From Methanocellales archaeon (lineage in GTDB: Archaea; Halobacteriota; JAWCLZ01): DNA of 11,136 nt. The position numbers and the translations under genes were made by a program. Within the stretch, counting starts at the first letter, position 1; the number at the start of each line of letters is the position of its first letter. A model generated the notes under the pieces. It saw only the letters and a program-made list of their open reading frames with translations. It had not been told where the DNA came from and did no database searches. Shown here one piece after another: positions 8,252 through 11,136 of the stretch. The stretch is taken from NCBI GenBank assembly GCA_038850285.1, contig JAWCMA010000034.1, forward strand, positions 1 to 11,136, in the 5' to 3' direction.

Positions 8252-8286
8252 CCCCAAATGGATTCATACCTTAGGTTTTATAAAAA
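8229..8286 (-). promoter_or_regulatory. IS6 transposase promoter (TTTATAAA at 8284-8277) and start-codon-sequestering hairpin (8229-8278)
   Basis: 13-bp perfect stem 8229-8241/8266-8278 plus 7-bp stem 8245-8251/8258-8264 with a 6-nt loop. The ATG (8251-8249) lies in the inner stem. Confidence 0.75.
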
Positions 8287-8365
8287 GCTTAAGTTAACAG
8301 CACCAGTAGTATTAGCAGATTTTATGGAGAAAATTTAAGATTAAAGATTAAAAATATTTAAGGTG

Positions 8366-9421
8366 ATGCTAAATAAAAATAAAAAAAGCTTAATTTTAAT
8401 AGCAATTATTGTAAGCATTTTCATCAGTGGGTGCATCAAATCCATTGAAAGCAATTCAAATTCAAACAAATATAGCCTGCCTATTTCTCAAAGAAATTTT
8501 TATCTCGGTCTTGTTCCAACCCCAAAAAACTGGCCAAACAGCTCTTTCGCTGATATTGCAGCAGCTTATGAGGAAACTGGAAGAATCGCAGAGGTTTCCA
8601 TGATTTGGGTTGAAAAACAGGGTATTGGAGAATTTGAGCTGTTAAAAAAGAATAATGTCATTAATGGGGCTAGAGTTCACAAGCTAAGGCCCGTTATTAC
8701 CCTAAATTTTGCAGCTATAAAACAAGGGGTAGCAGGCTTGGCATATGTTATTGATGCTCCAGAAGGAATTGCTTCTGATTTATCAGATTATGAATTCAGA
8801 AGCAAATGGATAAAAGAAGCAAAAGACATTGCACGTGAATTCAAGCCAGAATATTTCTCTCTTGGTAATGAAATAAATGATTACTTCTATCTCCACCCAA
8901 GAGAATTGAATGATTATTTGAGTCTTTTCGATGAAGCAAAAAAGGAAATAAAAAGCGTTTCTCCTGAAACAAAGGTTTTTGTTGTATTTTCCTATAATCA
9001 CTTAATTGAAAATAATCAATGGGAATTGCTGGAAAAATTTGATTCTCGAGTAGATATAGTTGGCCTAACATCTTATCCTTGGAAGCAATATCAAACTCCT
9101 CAAGAAATACCTGAGGATTATTATTCAAGAGTAAAACAGCATACATCAAAGCCAATTGCATTTACAGAAATAGGCTGGATTTCTTCGCCCCCGGCATCAG
9201 AAAAACAGCAGTCAGAGTTTTTGATGAAATTCTTGGAGCTCACGAAGGGACTTAAAATTGAAATGATTAACTGGCTGTTTTTGCACGAAATACAGCTCAC
9301 TGGCACTATTGGAAAAATTTCTGATCCTAAAACAGGAACAATTGCCCTTAAAAGAAGCGATGGAACTGAAAAAGATAGCTATAATCTCTGGCTTGCTTTG
9401 AAAAAATTAAGAAAGCAATAA
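8366..9421 (+). CDS. Secreted lipoprotein with a putative clan GH-A glycoside hydrolase TIM barrel (GH53/GH5-like)
   Basis: Basic N-region, hydrophobic stretch and lipobox ISG-C; SLGNEIN (acid/base Glu motif), GLTSYP, AFTEIGW (nucleophile Glu motif). Start is GTG 8363 or ATG 8366. Family and substrate are uncertain. Confidence 0.7.
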   Translation: MLNKNKKSLILIAIIVSIFISGCIKSIESNSNSNKYSLPISQRNFYLGLVPTPKNWPNSSFADIAAAYEETGRIAEVSMIWVEKQGIGEFELLKKNNVINGARVHKLRPVITLNFAAIKQGVAGLAYVIDAPEGIASDLSDYEFRSKWIKEAKDIAREFKPEYFSLGNEINDYFYLHPRELNDYLSLFDEAKKEIKSVSPETKVFVVFSYNHLIENNQWELLEKFDSRVDIVGLTSYPWKQYQTPQEIPEDYYSRVKQHTSKPIAFTEIGWISSPPASEKQQSEFLMKFLELTKGLKIEMINWLFLHEIQLTGTIGKISDPKTGTIALKRSDGTEKDSYNLWLALKKLRKQ

Positions 9422-9423
9422 AA

Positions 9424-9993
9424 TTATTTAGGTTGCAGGTCTAAAATCGTTATACCTATCTTAAGCTTTTCTATCTCCTCCTTACTTAGCTCGCGCTTTC
9501 TAGCTTTATCGGAAATGATGGCGCTATTCCCAAGGGGATCTTTAATTATTAAAGTCATTGTTTGTTCGCCCCTTTTAATCCCAGCGATTTTGCTAAGTAT
9601 TTCCTCAGCTTTTCGCTTCTGCTCCTCTGTCTCAGCCCAGTTTTTAGCAGTTTCAACCACTTCTTCGATTCTATTAAGCACTCCCTCGACGTTGGAGATA
9701 AAAGCCTCAGCTAGAGCACCTGGTTCGATGTCTACACCAAGCTCAGGTATATATATACTCCCAGAGCTGGATCTCACCACCCGCGTATTTAAATCCTCAG
9801 GGCTTGAGATGAAAAATTCATATTGCACAGGCTCTTTTTGAGAAAGCACAAAGGTATCTGCATATTTAAACCCGCATTTACAATTACTGCTGATGCAGAG
9901 GATTTCATCGAAATAGGGAATTTTATCAAAATACCATTTTAAGGGAATTTTTGAGCCGCATAGAGGGCACTGACCTTGGATTTGAAGCTCCAT
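9424..9993 (-). CDS. zpr1: Archaeal ZPR1 zinc-finger protein
   Basis: CPLC...IPYFDE...CKCGFK, DLNTRVVRSSSGSIYIPELG, IEPG, FISNVEGVL, IIKDPLGNSAI. The ATG directly follows the sepF stop (TAGATG). Confidence 0.92.
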   Translation of the reverse strand: MELQIQGQCPLCGSKIPLKWYFDKIPYFDEILCISSNCKCGFKYADTFVLSQKEPVQYEFFISSPEDLNTRVVRSSSGSIYIPELGVDIEPGALAEAFISNVEGVLNRIEEVVETAKNWAETEEQKRKAEEILSKIAGIKRGEQTMTLIIKDPLGNSAIISDKARKRELSKEEIEKLKIGITILDLQPK

Positions 9994-10365
9994 CTATTTC
10001 TTCTTCCGGGGTGAAATCTTATTGCGGTCTATTTTCACGCCCGTTGGAGTAACGATGACCTTGGTATCCTCAAAGCCAGCTATATCCCCGTGTACATCAC
10101 TTGCAACTTGTTTTAGATCTCTAAGTGCTCGATCGCGATTGAGATCATCATGCCTTATAAGGGAGTAATCAATTATTACAATATTTCCATTGTATACTTC
10201 CTTCTTCAAATCAGGGAGATCATGCAAACTACCGAGCTCAGCTATTCTTATGAACATATTTGCCCCGGTTTCCTCAGCCATTCCTTCGAACTGCCCCTCG
10301 ATCTCAGCGTAATCTTCTACCGCCGTTTCCTTTTTAGGATGAAATAGCTTGTCAAATATCCCCAT
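9994..10365 (-). CDS. sepF: Cell division protein SepF (archaeal type)
   Basis: Amphipathic N-terminus MGIFDKLF; core EVYNGNIVIID, GDIAG, VIVTPTGVKIDR. Start revised to ATG 10365 because SD GAGGTGG lies at 10380-10374. TATA-like TTTAAATA at 10410-10403. Confidence 0.9.
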   Translation of the reverse strand: MGIFDKLFHPKKETAVEDYAEIEGQFEGMAEETGANMFIRIAELGSLHDLPDLKKEVYNGNIVIIDYSLIRHDDLNRDRALRDLKQVASDVHGDIAGFEDTKVIVTPTGVKIDRNKISPRKKK

Positions 10366-10415
10366 ATATTTTTCCACCTCAGCTAAGTTATACGCAAATA
10401 CATATTTAAATCTAT

Positions 10416-11051
10416 TCAGCTTATTCCCATTTCCTTTAGAATTTTAAGCGCAAGTTCTCGGGAGATTTTTTCCACCTCAGATTCTCCCCCGACTTTTTTA
10501 TCCAAAAATTCTTTTAACTCGATGGCGATCTCATTAATTCTAGTTCTCTCAATCTCAGAATTTAAAGGCTTGTTAGCCTGCAGCTTAGGCTCCCCCTCCA
10601 TTCCTCCTTCTGGGAAATACCAGTCCTTGAACCAGCGAAAACCACTTTTCCAGAGGAGATAGCCTATTGGAGTAGCTATTGGAGGTATTCCTATAGAGAG
10701 CGCCTTTGCAGTAGTTAGGTGATCTAAATATTTAACCATCATATGCCCGCCTGGGGGGATTAATTCAGAGAGAATTTGAAAGAGAGCGATATTTAGTCCT
10801 GTTTTTGAGAGTTCAATAGTGTTTTCCTTGATTTTAACTTTCTCGCGATAGTTTATTTCCATCCAGGGTTTAATTAACTCTCTGCCGAGGAAAAATCTGC
10901 CAGTTGCAACTGCTTCCCTTGAAATTTGATTTTCTCTATCTCGTAGAAATAGCGTGAATTTGCTTTCCTCTGGAAATCTGCCTTTTTTGACCTCGCCTAG
11001 GTATAGAAAATACTCGCCAATTTTTCTGCCAGCTATTTTTTCCCAAAGCAT
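10416..11051 (-). CDS. DUF1122 family protein (unknown function)
   Basis: Family motifs GR...KPWMEI, PPGGHMMVKY, GIPPIATPIGYLL, GFRWFKDWYFPEGGMEG..KLQANKP. Confidence 0.85.
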   Translation of the reverse strand: MLWEKIAGRKIGEYFLYLGEVKKGRFPEESKFTLFLRDRENQISREAVATGRFFLGRELIKPWMEINYREKVKIKENTIELSKTGLNIALFQILSELIPPGGHMMVKYLDHLTTAKALSIGIPPIATPIGYLLWKSGFRWFKDWYFPEGGMEGEPKLQANKPLNSEIERTRINEIAIELKEFLDKKVGGESEVEKISRELALKILKEMGIS

Positions 11052-11094
11052 TTATTTTATTTTTTATATTATATATATTTTATATATTATTTAA
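11052..11094. other. Pure A/T low-complexity tract upstream of the DUF1122 gene (likely contains its promoter)
   Basis: 43 consecutive A/T bases with several TATATA-like motifs immediately upstream of ATG 11051. Confidence 0.55.
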
Positions 11095-11136
11095 CTGATA
11101 TTCTAAAGCCCCTTGGCCTCGCTGCTTTCTTCAACT

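Larger units (their letters stand above)
7391..8304 (-). mobile_element. IS6-family insertion sequence (decayed, interrupted by a MITE)
   Basis: TIRs GGTACTGTTAACTT (7391-7404) and GGTGCTGTTAACTT (reverse complement of 8291-8304), 13/14 identical and resembling IS6-type GG(C/T)ACTGTT ends. Flanked by direct repeat AGTAGTATT (7382-7390, 8305-8313). 914 bp, or 772 bp without the nested insert and one copy of its duplication. Confidence 0.93.

Noticed and set aside
11087-11136. Possible 3' end of an upstream minus-strand gene (LKKAARPRGFRISVK* or VEESSEAKGL*)
   Set aside because: Too short to choose a frame or assign a product.

Overview
Compact archaeal (Euryarchaeota/Halobacteriota-like, inferred from protein types) housekeeping region dominated by translation-quality-control and proteostasis genes: 5'-truncated Rqc2/NEMF homologue, YrdC-only TsaC, archaeal MBF1, PAN proteasome ATPase, ATP-dependent DNA ligase, thermosome subunit, ZPR1, SepF and DUF1122. 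One accessory block (7382-9421) interrupts it. It holds a decayed IS6-family element (7391-8304; 14-bp TIRs, 9-bp target duplication) inserted just upstream of the thermosome promoter, followed by a lipoprotein with clan GH-A glycoside hydrolase motifs. The main hidden feature is nested inside the IS6 transposase: a 128-bp non-autonomous element (7478-7605) with perfect 12-bp TGT...ACA inverted repeats, a perfect 14-bp target duplication and an exact bacterial TTGACA-N19-TATAAT motif. Removing it in silico restores a normal IS6 C-terminus and a 772-bp IS. The IS also has a hairpin sequestering its start codon, and two intergenic spacers consist of A-tract tandem repeats.
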